In this document: piece after piece, positions 23,517 through 32,368 of the stretch
Layout: the number at the start of each line of letters is the position of its first letter
Numbering within the stretch: position 1 is the first letter of the stretch
Virus record (IMG/VR): IMGVR_UViG_3300036982_000208
Location: 1-33,567 of that record
Source of the DNA: a virus
Lineage: Duplodnaviria > Caudoviricetes
Length of the DNA: 33,567 bases
Strand: one strand, 5' to 3'
The notes under the pieces: generated by a model
Databases searched by the model: none
Seen by the model: the letters and a program-made list of their open reading frames with translations, nothing else
Told to the model about the DNA's origin: nothing
Translations under genes and position numbers: made by a program

Positions 23517-25726
23517 GCTTTTCTCATCCAAACCCTCCCGATTTGTGCAATCTCGTAACCGTTGGCCGCCGCGTGTTCATCGACTGCTCGTTTGACCTCA
23601 TGCCACGGGTAATCGTGACCCGAGAAGATACCGTTAGGCTTGATTTTTGGAAACCATGCGGCAAGGTCTTTGACCACAGAATCGTAATCGTGCGCTGCAT
23701 CGATGTAGATGACATCGATCGTCCCGTCCTCAAACAATTCTGCAGATTCTGCAGAGTCGCCCTCGATGACTTCAATCATTTTCCGAACTCCAGCATCTGT
23801 TGTGTTCCGCTCGAAAACCTCGCGGATGCTGCCACCATGTTGTTCGACTGCTGCGGTGTGCGCCGGTTGGTTTTGCTCGCCCTTGAACGTATCGATGCAA
23901 TAGACGGTTGCAGTCTTTTCAGCATCTTGAAGTGCTTGGCAGAAAACAGAGATTGACTGACCCATCCACGATCCGATTTCAACGAATGTTTCACCATCAG
24001 GAATTGCCTGAGCGATCGTCCGATAAAACTCTGAGTAGTCACACCAGCCTCCAATATCTGCCGGAACCTTCACTCCCGCCTTGATTCTCTCAAAAGTCTT
24101 GCTGCCTCGGTCGTAGTTCTGCGTTGAGTTGCTCCGAGCGTAGGTTTCATCCATCTCTGCCTTGCCGAACGCTGGGTGCAGATGCTCGATCACGATGTGC
24201 TTCGCATCGATGACCACGTCATCTGCGTAGGCGCGGTCGGTGAAATGATTGTCGCTGAATACGCTGAAGAACTCGGGGTGGAATAGATAGCCCTGTTGCT
24301 TGTATCTGGCACGGGTCAGGATCGCCATGCACAGCAGGTTGTCGGTGCGGTGACCGTCTGATACTGCCAGCACTGCAGGCTTAGATGCGTCGCCGATCGC
24401 GTCGATGATCAGTTTGTCCCAGTGCATCGGCGGCTCCCAGTCGTCGCTGAGTTGTATCAGGATTTCGCCCTTCGAGAACCATGCTGCCTCGTTCCATGCC
24501 GCGACTGGGCCGCGCAGGTAGTTCATCGCGTGTCGGCAGGTCACGAACGGCCCGATCGTCTCATCGTCCTCATCGAGTGCGAAGATATGCTCGATCGCGT
24601 CGGGGTCTGCTGCTCGGTCAAGCCATGTTGCCCGTGCCTTGTATGCCATCGCTGGTCGTCCTCGAGTTGCGTGCAGCAGGCTGATCTTCGCGCCGTGCAG
24701 GATGAAATGGTTTGCCTCGATCGCGTTCGCCTCCTCGTGCCGGTCATTGGCTCGCAGGCACATGCCGCGCACCTGTATGCCCTGCCATGCGTAAAACTTT
24801 TTCCGGCTGTTCCACCACCAGGAGGATGGTTGCGGTAGGTTGATCATGACTTCCGACCAGCCGAGCGCGAGTGGAAACTGGTTGGCTTTGAGCGCCTCCA
24901 TTGCTAGCTCGGCGTATGCCTCGCGGCGTGCTGGATCGACCGCGATCGCTTGGAGGTATAGTTGCGATCTGGTGGCCGCGTCAGGCGACATCTGCCCCAT
25001 GATGAGAAATGCCTCGTAGCGCTCCGGCTGCCCTGCGTCGGGAGCCATGCACAGTCTTGCGGCGGTCGCTGTTGCCTCCTCTATCTGACCCAGCGCACGT
25101 TCGCTTTGCATCGTGTAGAATAGCTGACTGCTGGTCAGCTCGTCCTCGGGGATCGAGCGGAGGATGCGGAGATTGCGCTCGTCGCTGCTGGCCGCTCGCT
25201 TGCCGTGTGGAAGGTGCAAAATCTGCACCTTGTCGAACCGAGCCATCGGCACGTCTGGAGCAAACTTGAGTGACTCATGGATCGCATTGATCCAGCGTGC
25301 CGCTCCACGCCGCCAGATGCGCTCCCTGTGCAGCGTGATACCATCGTCGGGGATTGCGTACGGCATCAACACACCGTGTATGTCTTCGCCGAGCTGTGGC
25401 AGCATCTTGCGTATGGTCGCGCAGTCCTCTGGCGTGATCACATCGTCGGTGTCGGCCCACATGATCCAGTCGCCGGTGGCAAGATCAAGAGCTGCATTGC
25501 GAGCTGCACCGAAGTCATCGACGTGCGGCCAGTCTTGCACGTTGTGGTACTCGCCAATGATACAGCCACGAGCCACGGCAATGTCCATCGTTCCGTCTGG
25601 CTCTTGGTTGCCGCATGCCTGTACAACTATGATCTCGTCGGCGATCTTCTCAAAGTGGTCGAGGAAGCGGGTGATATAGTTCTCGACGTTGCCGACAATG
25701 ACACAGAGGCTCAATTTGTTTTTCAT
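23513..25726 (-). CDS. Multidomain protein: GT2 + TPR-like + second GT-A + class I SAM methyltransferase, 737 aa
   Basis: DDFGAARNAAL..WIMWADTDD; helical repeats; ISLLHATRGR..LIQLSDDW; FVEIGSWMGQS..IYIDAAHDY..GHDY; start set at ATG 25726. Confidence 0.9.
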   Translation of the reverse strand: MKNKLSLCVIVGNVENYITRFLDHFEKIADEIIVVQACGNQEPDGTMDIAVARGCIIGEYHNVQDWPHVDDFGAARNAALDLATGDWIMWADTDDVITPEDCATIRKMLPQLGEDIHGVLMPYAIPDDGITLHRERIWRRGAARWINAIHESLKFAPDVPMARFDKVQILHLPHGKRAASSDERNLRILRSIPEDELTSSQLFYTMQSERALGQIEEATATAARLCMAPDAGQPERYEAFLIMGQMSPDAATRSQLYLQAIAVDPARREAYAELAMEALKANQFPLALGWSEVMINLPQPSSWWWNSRKKFYAWQGIQVRGMCLRANDRHEEANAIEANHFILHGAKISLLHATRGRPAMAYKARATWLDRAADPDAIEHIFALDEDDETIGPFVTCRHAMNYLRGPVAAWNEAAWFSKGEILIQLSDDWEPPMHWDKLIIDAIGDASKPAVLAVSDGHRTDNLLCMAILTRARYKQQGYLFHPEFFSVFSDNHFTDRAYADDVVIDAKHIVIEHLHPAFGKAEMDETYARSNSTQNYDRGSKTFERIKAGVKVPADIGGWCDYSEFYRTIAQAIPDGETFVEIGSWMGQSISVFCQALQDAEKTATVYCIDTFKGEQNQPAHTAAVEQHGGSIREVFERNTTDAGVRKMIEVIEGDSAESAELFEDGTIDVIYIDAAHDYDSVVKDLAAWFPKIKPNGIFSGHDYPWHEVKRAVDEHAAANGYEIAQIGRVWMRKA

Positions 25727-25769
25727 ATTTGTGCGGGTATTCAAGCAGCATTCTTGCTGCTGGCAAGGC

Positions 25770-25806
25770 AAAATAAAACCGCCACCCCGGTTTCCCGAGA
25801 TGGCGG
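25770..25806 (-). terminator. Rho-independent terminator after the capsid gene
   Basis: CCGCCATCTCGG-GAAA-CCGGGGTGGCGG-TTTTATTTT. Confidence 0.85.
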
Positions 25807-25829
25807 CGAATGACTACAACCCAGAAAAA

Positions 25830-26711
25830 TTAAGGGATCGTGACGATTGCAAGACCGAGAGTCAGTGCAGGAGTGAATCCGAACAAGCACTCGAAGTTGG
25901 CAAAGTGCTTGCCAGTCGAGGTGTTGTAGTGGCGGCGATAGCCCATCGTGATGCCGTTCGAGGCGGTCACTTGCTCAGCAGCGAGATACTCACCAGCGGC
26001 TTGTGGCTCGAGGTAGCGCATCGCGATTGCGATCGAGTCAGGATGTGCAACGAATCCGCCGAGCTTGGTCATCGCGTTTGCTGGCATGATGTTCGACTCA
26101 TAGATACCCATGCCGAGTAGGCGTGGAATCTGACCGTCGCGAACTGCTTCAGCTCCACCGTAGTTGAGTGCTTGAGCAACTCCGTTGGAGGTGAGCAGTC
26201 CGGTGTAGATTTCGCTGTCAGCGATCAAGCTGAGGCGGTCGGTCGGCACGTTCCGCTGGGCGAGTACTTTGCGGAGTGCGCCCATCTGCGCGATGGTGTA
26301 GTTAGCGCCAGAGGTCGTGAGGATTGCTGCACCGAAGTTAGCGACCGTGATCGCGCTCCAGATGTCGGTAAGCACGATGCGAGCGAGCGACTCACCAGCT
26401 TGGATCGCGAGGTTGTCCATGACCGCTGCAGAGCTGTTAGCAACTTGCACGTCGGTAAGGTCGATCGAAGCGATGCGGTGTTTGTCGATGCTGACAGTGG
26501 CAAATGTAATTGCACCGCCGCCGACTTCATACGATTGGTTGAAAGTGGTTGCGGTGATTCCGCTGATTAGCGGCACGATGATCGCGTCACCTTTACGACG
26601 AGCGTCGCCGCTGAAATCACGAGTGAATGCGTTGAGTGGTGCGAGCTTCGCCACGAACGCTTGAAGAGCGATCTGTGTAAAGATTTTGTCGTTTAGAGCA
26701 ATGGATGACAT
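25830..26711 (-). CDS. Major capsid protein, 293 aa
   Basis: Follows protease/scaffold; KGDAIIVP and GQIPRLLGMGIYES patterns; strong terminator downstream. Confidence 0.88.
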   Translation of the reverse strand: MSSIALNDKIFTQIALQAFVAKLAPLNAFTRDFSGDARRKGDAIIVPLISGITATTFNQSYEVGGGAITFATVSIDKHRIASIDLTDVQVANSSAAVMDNLAIQAGESLARIVLTDIWSAITVANFGAAILTTSGANYTIAQMGALRKVLAQRNVPTDRLSLIADSEIYTGLLTSNGVAQALNYGGAEAVRDGQIPRLLGMGIYESNIMPANAMTKLGGFVAHPDSIAIAMRYLEPQAAGEYLAAEQVTASNGITMGYRRHYNTSTGKHFANFECLFGFTPALTLGLAIVTIP

Positions 26712-26742
26712 GATGTTATATTAGTTGAAATTTTTAAATTGA

Positions 26743-27201
26743 TTAGACTGCGTAGCGGTTTTTGTCGGAGAGGATTTCTGCTTTGTGCAGAGCAAAGTAT
26801 TCGGCTGCCTCGAGCGGCTTCATTGATGCCATAGCTTTGAGGTGGCTGACTGGTGCTTCGTTGGTGTCGCCTGCGAGAGCGACCGGAGCTGGGTGACCAG
26901 TGCTGGCGAGCAACTCGGCAGCGCGGACGTTGACCTTGTCGTCACTAACTTCGGTCTGCTCTTCGAGCTTCTCGATCTTGGTCTCAAGCTCTTTGACTTT
27001 CTCGATCGTTTCGACTGCTGTCTCTTGCTCGGTGGCAAGCTCGGCGCGAAGTTGAGCGATGACCTCGGCGTGACCGCTGAGTTCTGCGATGAGTGCTTGG
27101 GCTGTGGTTAGGTCAGCGCGAAGTGTGTCGTTCTCGGCGATGGCCGCTTCGATCTTGACGGCTTCGTCGTTGCCCGGGAATAGTTTTGAGAGAATGCTCA
27201 T
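26743..27201 (-). CDS. Nested in-frame scaffold protein (lambda Nu3-like), 152 aa
   Basis: Internal ATG (MSILSKLF) 14 nt after TTTGACA at the protease/coiled-coil boundary. Confidence 0.65.
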   Translation of the reverse strand: MSILSKLFPGNDEAVKIEAAIAENDTLRADLTTAQALIAELSGHAEVIAQLRAELATEQETAVETIEKVKELETKIEKLEEQTEVSDDKVNVRAAELLASTGHPAPVALAGDTNEAPVSHLKAMASMKPLEAAEYFALHKAEILSDKNRYAV

Positions 27202-27816
27202 GCTTTTTGGTGCGGTGTCAAATTGCATGACCTCTTTGCCGTCCTTCAGAATGACATCGACAAATCCATTTGCCTTCGCCTCGTCGGCAGTCATCCAAGT
27301 TTCTGCCATCATCATTTTGCGGATATCGTCCTCGTCCATGCCACTGCGCTCGGCGTAGATGCCAGCGATCTCTGCGCTGATGCTTTCGAGTAAATCAGCC
27401 TGTTTATTGAGTGCGCGTGCATCACCGGCGGCGATCGTGCTGGCTTCGTGAATCATGACGCGGCTGCCTGCTGTCATGCGGCGATTGTCGCCTGCCATTA
27501 GGATCACGCTGCCCATGCTGGCTGCCAGTCCGTTGACAGTCGCGGTGATCTCCACGCCGCGTGCCGACATTTCTCGGAGCGCGTTAAAAATCCGCTGACC
27601 TTCAAAGACCGATCCGCCTGGTGTGTTGATCTCGATCTCGATGCCGTCGATCGCGTCGTCAGCTTTGCAGACGATCTCGCCGATGCACATCTGTGCTGCG
27701 ACTGCTCGGCTGCCATAAAGTTTGTCGAGCTTGTCGATCAGGTCGTCGGCGGAATCTTTGTTCACGCCGCTGTTGAGCTTGACCTTGCCAAGTCGGTTGT
27801 TGATTTCGATCTGCAT
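26743..27816 (-). CDS. ClpP-family head maturation protease fused to scaffold
   Basis: INTPGGSVFEG, GLAASMGS, MIHEA and ETWMTADEA..GFVD; coiled-coil C-terminus; start set at ATG 27816. Confidence 0.92.
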   Translation of the reverse strand: MQIEINNRLGKVKLNSGVNKDSADDLIDKLDKLYGSRAVAAQMCIGEIVCKADDAIDGIEIEINTPGGSVFEGQRIFNALREMSARGVEITATVNGLAASMGSVILMAGDNRRMTAGSRVMIHEASTIAAGDARALNKQADLLESISAEIAGIYAERSGMDEDDIRKMMMAETWMTADEAKANGFVDVILKDGKEVMQFDTAPKSMSILSKLFPGNDEAVKIEAAIAENDTLRADLTTAQALIAELSGHAEVIAQLRAELATEQETAVETIEKVKELETKIEKLEEQTEVSDDKVNVRAAELLASTGHPAPVALAGDTNEAPVSHLKAMASMKPLEAAEYFALHKAEILSDKNRYAV

Positions 27817-27832
27817 AAAGTTGTTGTCGGTG

Positions 27833-29299
27833 TCAAGTTCGCGCTGTCTCGGTGTGAGATTGATCGCCATTTGATGCCATCTCGTTAGGTGTCAGCATCG
27901 ACATTTCGCGGTCGTCGATCTCCACGCCATAAAGCACCTCTGCATTGCGAGCTGCAAGTTTCCGCAGAGCCACCTCCTGCGCTCGCTCTGCGTAGTGCGC
28001 CTCAAGCGTTTTGCCACGCATACTGACGATGTCGCGCATGTTAGCAGCGCCCATTTTCCAGAGTGCCTCGAGTTCTTTTGTGATCCGACCGTCATCAATC
28101 GTCAGCTTCGGCGGGGTCGAGAACTCCCACTGATACCAGTCTGGCGACTGCGGCAGGTCACCGCGTTTCATGGCCTTGGCGATAGCATAGCCGCACAGGC
28201 GTTTCGCCGCGTAAAATAGTAGGTCTTGACGATCCTCGACCGAGCGCTGAGCCATGGCGATCTCGGTGCGCTGTGCTGTTCCGCCACCAGCCGCGTGTCC
28301 CTCATACAGCGCCATCGGCCAGTTGAGTCCGGCGAATGCTCCTTTGAGTAGACGATTGTGGAAATCTAGAAACGGGTTGCCCGGTCGGTTGTTGACCAGC
28401 GTCTCGATCTTGCCGCCGCTGTTGCTGCGGAAATAGCGCACCGTGCCGCCATCGAGGCTTTCGACCGTCATGCCTTTGCCCGTAGCAGTGTCGCCGATAA
28501 GAGCGTTGTATGGGTCGTCGAGGTCTGGGCCGCCAGTGTCGTTGTACTCGACCAGCGAGATGCTGCTCATCTGGAGCATTGCCAGACGTTCCCACTCGGT
28601 CGATTGGATCATGTCTCGGCAGTCGTTGATGCAGTGGGTCAGCGCGGTCAGTCCGCGTGCTTGATATTGGTATTCGGGATCGAACAAGTGGATGACATTC
28701 TGTGCTGGCAGCCATTCATCCAGCTCGCCTTTTTTATCGCAGAACGCATACTCTTTTGCCTCGCCGCTCGGAAAATAGGTGATGCCGTCCTGCAGCATTG
28801 CACCGCGATACATTTGCCCGTCGGTAAATCCACGCGGGGTTGCAATCCGGTGCGACGGGATGCCTTGGTACTGCGGAAATCCTGTGTCCGTTTCGGTAAG
28901 CAGAATGAAGATTTCACCATCGACATCGATGCTGGTCGAGAATCCAAACAAGTTGGTCTTGAGGTCGTGCATTCCTCCGCGCCCATCGCCGATCGGATAA
29001 AAGCTGTTGGTCAAAAACTTGGTGGCAAGCATTCCAAACTCCTCGTCGCCACCAGTGTAGATTGGGACGAACGCTCGCCCTACGGTATACATGCCGCGTT
29101 GATTAATGGCATTCTTGATCGGCCCAAAATTTAGGTAGATGCGTCGAGCGTGACTTTGCAATGTCACGCGATCCATTGCCGGCACTAGGTCACTGATGTC
29201 CTTTTTCTCGACTGGCTCATACGGACGCAGACGCGTGTCCTGCGCCGCTCGTGCTGCCTTGTAAGAAACCTGCCTGCCGAATTGGTCGAGTATTGCCAT
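27833..29299 (-). CDS. Portal protein, lambda family, 488 aa
   Basis: VDGEIFI and VIHLFDPEYQYQARGLT motifs; position after terL and adaptor. Confidence 0.9.
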   Translation of the reverse strand: MAILDQFGRQVSYKAARAAQDTRLRPYEPVEKKDISDLVPAMDRVTLQSHARRIYLNFGPIKNAINQRGMYTVGRAFVPIYTGGDEEFGMLATKFLTNSFYPIGDGRGGMHDLKTNLFGFSTSIDVDGEIFILLTETDTGFPQYQGIPSHRIATPRGFTDGQMYRGAMLQDGITYFPSGEAKEYAFCDKKGELDEWLPAQNVIHLFDPEYQYQARGLTALTHCINDCRDMIQSTEWERLAMLQMSSISLVEYNDTGGPDLDDPYNALIGDTATGKGMTVESLDGGTVRYFRSNSGGKIETLVNNRPGNPFLDFHNRLLKGAFAGLNWPMALYEGHAAGGGTAQRTEIAMAQRSVEDRQDLLFYAAKRLCGYAIAKAMKRGDLPQSPDWYQWEFSTPPKLTIDDGRITKELEALWKMGAANMRDIVSMRGKTLEAHYAERAQEVALRKLAARNAEVLYGVEIDDREMSMLTPNEMASNGDQSHTETART

Positions 29300-29310
29300 G
29301 ATGTCCGTTG

Positions 29311-29592
29311 TTAAAATCGACCGAGCGACCGGCTGCTGCTAGGCACAAATCCATTGCTCAAATATTCCATGGCCATCCGCAGTGCGGTCTGCCGCTCCGT
29401 TTCGTTTAGACCGACCAGCTTTGCCATGGTCACGCCGTTTTTGGTGGCGGACGTGATGCTGTCCATGCCGCCCTTTGTGAGCGCCCCGCCCATCGCCGCG
29501 TCGAACGCAGTCTTAATGGCAGCAATCCGCTGAGGGTTGCACTGGGCGTAGTGGAATAAATTTCTCGCGACTTCTCGGACGTTGGCAGCCAT
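29311..29592 (-). CDS. Head completion/adaptor protein (gpW position), 93 aa
   Basis: Between terL and portal; ITSATKNGVT. Confidence 0.7.
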   Translation of the reverse strand: MAANVREVARNLFHYAQCNPQRIAAIKTAFDAAMGGALTKGGMDSITSATKNGVTMAKLVGLNETERQTALRMAMEYLSNGFVPSSSRSLGRF

Positions 29593-29608
29593 CGACTAGG
29601 CTGCCATG

Positions 29609-31357
29609 TCAAACATCGAAGCCGGGGATGATCTTGAGCATGAGCGCCGCCACGATCTGCATTGCCTCCACGTCCCACGCGTGGTTGTTGTTCCGCGTCC
29701 GTGTCCAGCGATACTCGACCTGCTTTGTCTTCGAGTTGGTGACCTCTTTCTTGATCTCGCTGTCAATCTGTTTGAGAAAGTCAACCGACACATCGTCCGG
29801 TATGTCCCACGATCCAGCGATGCCGGTGCGGTGCGCGTGCAGGATGTCTTTGATCCGGTCGCTCGCCCAGTGCGAGTACCGAGCTTTGCCGCCGCCGGAC
29901 GCGGTCGCATCTTGGAATCGCGTGAACGGTCGGTGGATCACGTCACCGTTCTGTTTTTTGTAGGCGAACGATTTCTGACCGCTGCCGTGCAGCGCCGTCC
30001 AGTTCATCCGCGCACAGGCGGAATACACTTGATCGGTGTCGTAACCAGCATCCACGAAGACCATCTGTGGCTTGATTTGATACCGCAGCGCTAGGTCATG
30101 CACGCCGTCGAACGTCTCGATCCGCCCATACCAAAGCAGCATCGACTCGCCGCTTGCTCGCCATGCTCGAACGCCTGCCCAGAAGTGGTCGCGCTGTTTG
30201 TCCACGGTGAGGAATCGGTGCGCCTCGTCCTCGATTTTCTGCTTGTCGGTGTACTCGGCGACGAGGTAGCCGTTGCCGACAAGTGCCGATCGGTTGTCAG
30301 TCAAGTCCTCCTCCCATGTTTCAGCCAATCGCTTTTGAATAAACTGCCTGAGCGGATCGACGTTGCCGACGCGCATCGCTGCCTTCGCCTCGATCCACAG
30401 CAGGACGATCTCCCAAAGCGGCTTCCGCCAGTTCGCCAGCACGTTGTAATGGAATCCGACGTGACCCGGCATGCCGACCGCGGTCGCCACATATTGACCG
30501 CCCTCGGCAAGCGCCCTCCTCGGTTGCGGTGAGTCCGCGCATGTCCAATCGCAGTCGGCGTTGTCGCACTTGAGCTGTGCCATCTGCGCTCGCTCCAGCG
30601 GTTCGAGCGTCTCGTCCTCGTAGCCGATCACGTTGCACCATTTCCACGGTTGCACCGTGCCGCAGTCAGGACAGGAGAAACTAAACTCACGCTGGTCGGA
30701 ATGTCCCCATGCTTTGTCGAGGTCGTCGCCCTTCACACCTGCCTGCGAGAGGATAAAAAATTGCCTGTTCCACCGATCATGTAATCGACCTCGAGCTTCG
30801 TTCAACATGCCCGGTCGATACTGCCATGCCTCGTCACAAAATACGCGGCGCATCGATTTCGATTGCAGTCCGCTCAGGTTCGCGCCGGTGAGGAAAAGCG
30901 ACATTGATGGAAACAGGATTTCCATCTTCCGTTTCTTGTGCCGGTCACGCGGGAGCAGCGCCGCTGTCTCGGCAGTTTGCATGATTGCGTAGTCCATCCG
31001 CGTCTCGGCCCAGTCCTTGAGATCGTCGTCGGTCTGACCCACCAGCAGAGTCGGGCCGGGGTCTTCGGCGATGATGTAGCACAGCCCCGCCTCCATAAAC
31101 GTCGTCTTGCCAGTCCCGATCGGCGCGAGATAGATGACCTCCTTGACCTCGGGATCGGCGACGATGTTCAGCGGCTCGGTCTGCCATGGTGCATTGACCG
31201 TCGAGTATTTCGGGGTCAGTCCGTCGAGGATAACAACGCGATCGCTTGCCCATTGGGCAGGCGTTAGGTCGCTGGGTGGTCGGAAGTTTTTGAAAAATGC
31301 TCGTTTGATTCGTCGAGTTTTTTCCAAGAATTGCCGCTTGGATTCGCTGACTTTCAT
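29609..31357 (-). CDS. terL: Terminase large subunit, lambda GpA family, 582 aa
   Basis: APIGTGKT, VFCDE, CPDC/CDNADC, LTVDKQ, FVDAGY and NNHAWDVE motifs. Confidence 0.95.
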   Translation of the reverse strand: MKVSESKRQFLEKTRRIKRAFFKNFRPPSDLTPAQWASDRVVILDGLTPKYSTVNAPWQTEPLNIVADPEVKEVIYLAPIGTGKTTFMEAGLCYIIAEDPGPTLLVGQTDDDLKDWAETRMDYAIMQTAETAALLPRDRHKKRKMEILFPSMSLFLTGANLSGLQSKSMRRVFCDEAWQYRPGMLNEARGRLHDRWNRQFFILSQAGVKGDDLDKAWGHSDQREFSFSCPDCGTVQPWKWCNVIGYEDETLEPLERAQMAQLKCDNADCDWTCADSPQPRRALAEGGQYVATAVGMPGHVGFHYNVLANWRKPLWEIVLLWIEAKAAMRVGNVDPLRQFIQKRLAETWEEDLTDNRSALVGNGYLVAEYTDKQKIEDEAHRFLTVDKQRDHFWAGVRAWRASGESMLLWYGRIETFDGVHDLALRYQIKPQMVFVDAGYDTDQVYSACARMNWTALHGSGQKSFAYKKQNGDVIHRPFTRFQDATASGGGKARYSHWASDRIKDILHAHRTGIAGSWDIPDDVSVDFLKQIDSEIKKEVTNSKTKQVEYRWTRTRNNNHAWDVEAMQIVAALMLKIIPGFDV

Positions 31358-31728
31358 TTTTTTAAATACTCAGCCTGCGATACCTGGTTGTAGAGGCGAC
31401 CACGGGTGACCTCGGCAAGCTGAGCAATCTTCATCGGGTCATCGATGTAGGCGCGGACGCGAGTCGATCCTTCGTAATCGTAGACCCAGAGTTTGTTCGA
31501 TCCGACCGGGTACATGTAGGCGCAGACCGCATGACCTTTTGTCTCGCCAGTTTTGAGCGAGGTGTATTGGTAGAGCAGCACCTCGTTCCACTTCGTCGAG
31601 TTGCGCAGTCCGTGCCGCATCGTGATCGCCGTTGGCAGGCACGAGTTGTTTTCCCACTCAACATATTTTTCGGGATTCTTCGGCGTGGTCGAGCAGCCTG
31701 CGAGCAAGAGTACAAATAAATATTTCAT
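31354..31728 (-). CDS. Lipoprotein with possible Cys-His-Asp (transglutaminase/papain-like) triad, 124 aa
   Basis: MKYLFVLLLAGC lipobox; NSCLPTA, GHAVC and WVYD; alternative in-frame start at 31794. Confidence 0.7.
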   Translation of the reverse strand: MKYLFVLLLAGCSTTPKNPEKYVEWENNSCLPTAITMRHGLRNSTKWNEVLLYQYTSLKTGETKGHAVCAYMYPVGSNKLWVYDYEGSTRVRAYIDDPMKIAQLAEVTRGRLYNQVSQAEYLKK

Positions 31729-31738
31729 GGTATTTTGG

Positions 31739-32368
31739 TTAGTGATGCGTCGGTATTTCTCCAATGATTGGCGCTTTGATTCGCTCGCCTTCATCGTAAA
31801 TAATCTGGATGACCTGTGCGGATTTCTCCGCGATCAGTCGTTTCATGCCGGACGCATCCAGCCCTTCCAGCATCGGCGGTAGGTCGGCTTCCATCCGCTT
31901 GATCGCGTTCCGTACCACGGCTGCGATGCCGTCCATGCCGTCCTCGATCTGAGCAATGGAGCAATACCGCTCCTGCTCGACCTCGAGCGCGTAGCCTGCG
32001 CGGAGTGCGTCGATCTGAACCTTGAGCGTCCGTGCATCGTTGTAAGTGCGTGCCGCTTTGACCTGCCGCACCAGCTCCTCCAACTCTTGCGGATCGCCGG
32101 TCGTGCCGCTCCGCTCCATGTGGCTCGCGCCTTCGGTCTTGCTTTTCTGGAGAAACTCGATGTAGCCGCGCACGCTGCGCCAGAGGTCGTATTGGTTGCG
32201 CTCGGTCTTGAAGATGATGCCGTCTTTGGCGAGCTGCCCGATCCTCGCGCTTGTCAGGTTGAACAATCGGCAGAGCTGCGTGGTGTCGGCCTGCGCCACC
32301 TTCGGCGCTACCGGCTTCGGTGGCGCTGTTTTGGCCGTTTTCTTCGCTGGTGCTTTTTTCGCGCTCAT
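31739..32368 (-). CDS. terS: Terminase small subunit, Nu1-like, 209 aa
   Basis: TTQLCRLFNLTSARIGQLAKDG..YDLWRSVRGYI winged HTH plus coiled coil. Confidence 0.88.
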   Translation of the reverse strand: MSAKKAPAKKTAKTAPPKPVAPKVAQADTTQLCRLFNLTSARIGQLAKDGIIFKTERNQYDLWRSVRGYIEFLQKSKTEGASHMERSGTTGDPQELEELVRQVKAARTYNDARTLKVQIDALRAGYALEVEQERYCSIAQIEDGMDGIAAVVRNAIKRMEADLPPMLEGLDASGMKRLIAEKSAQVIQIIYDEGERIKAPIIGEIPTHH

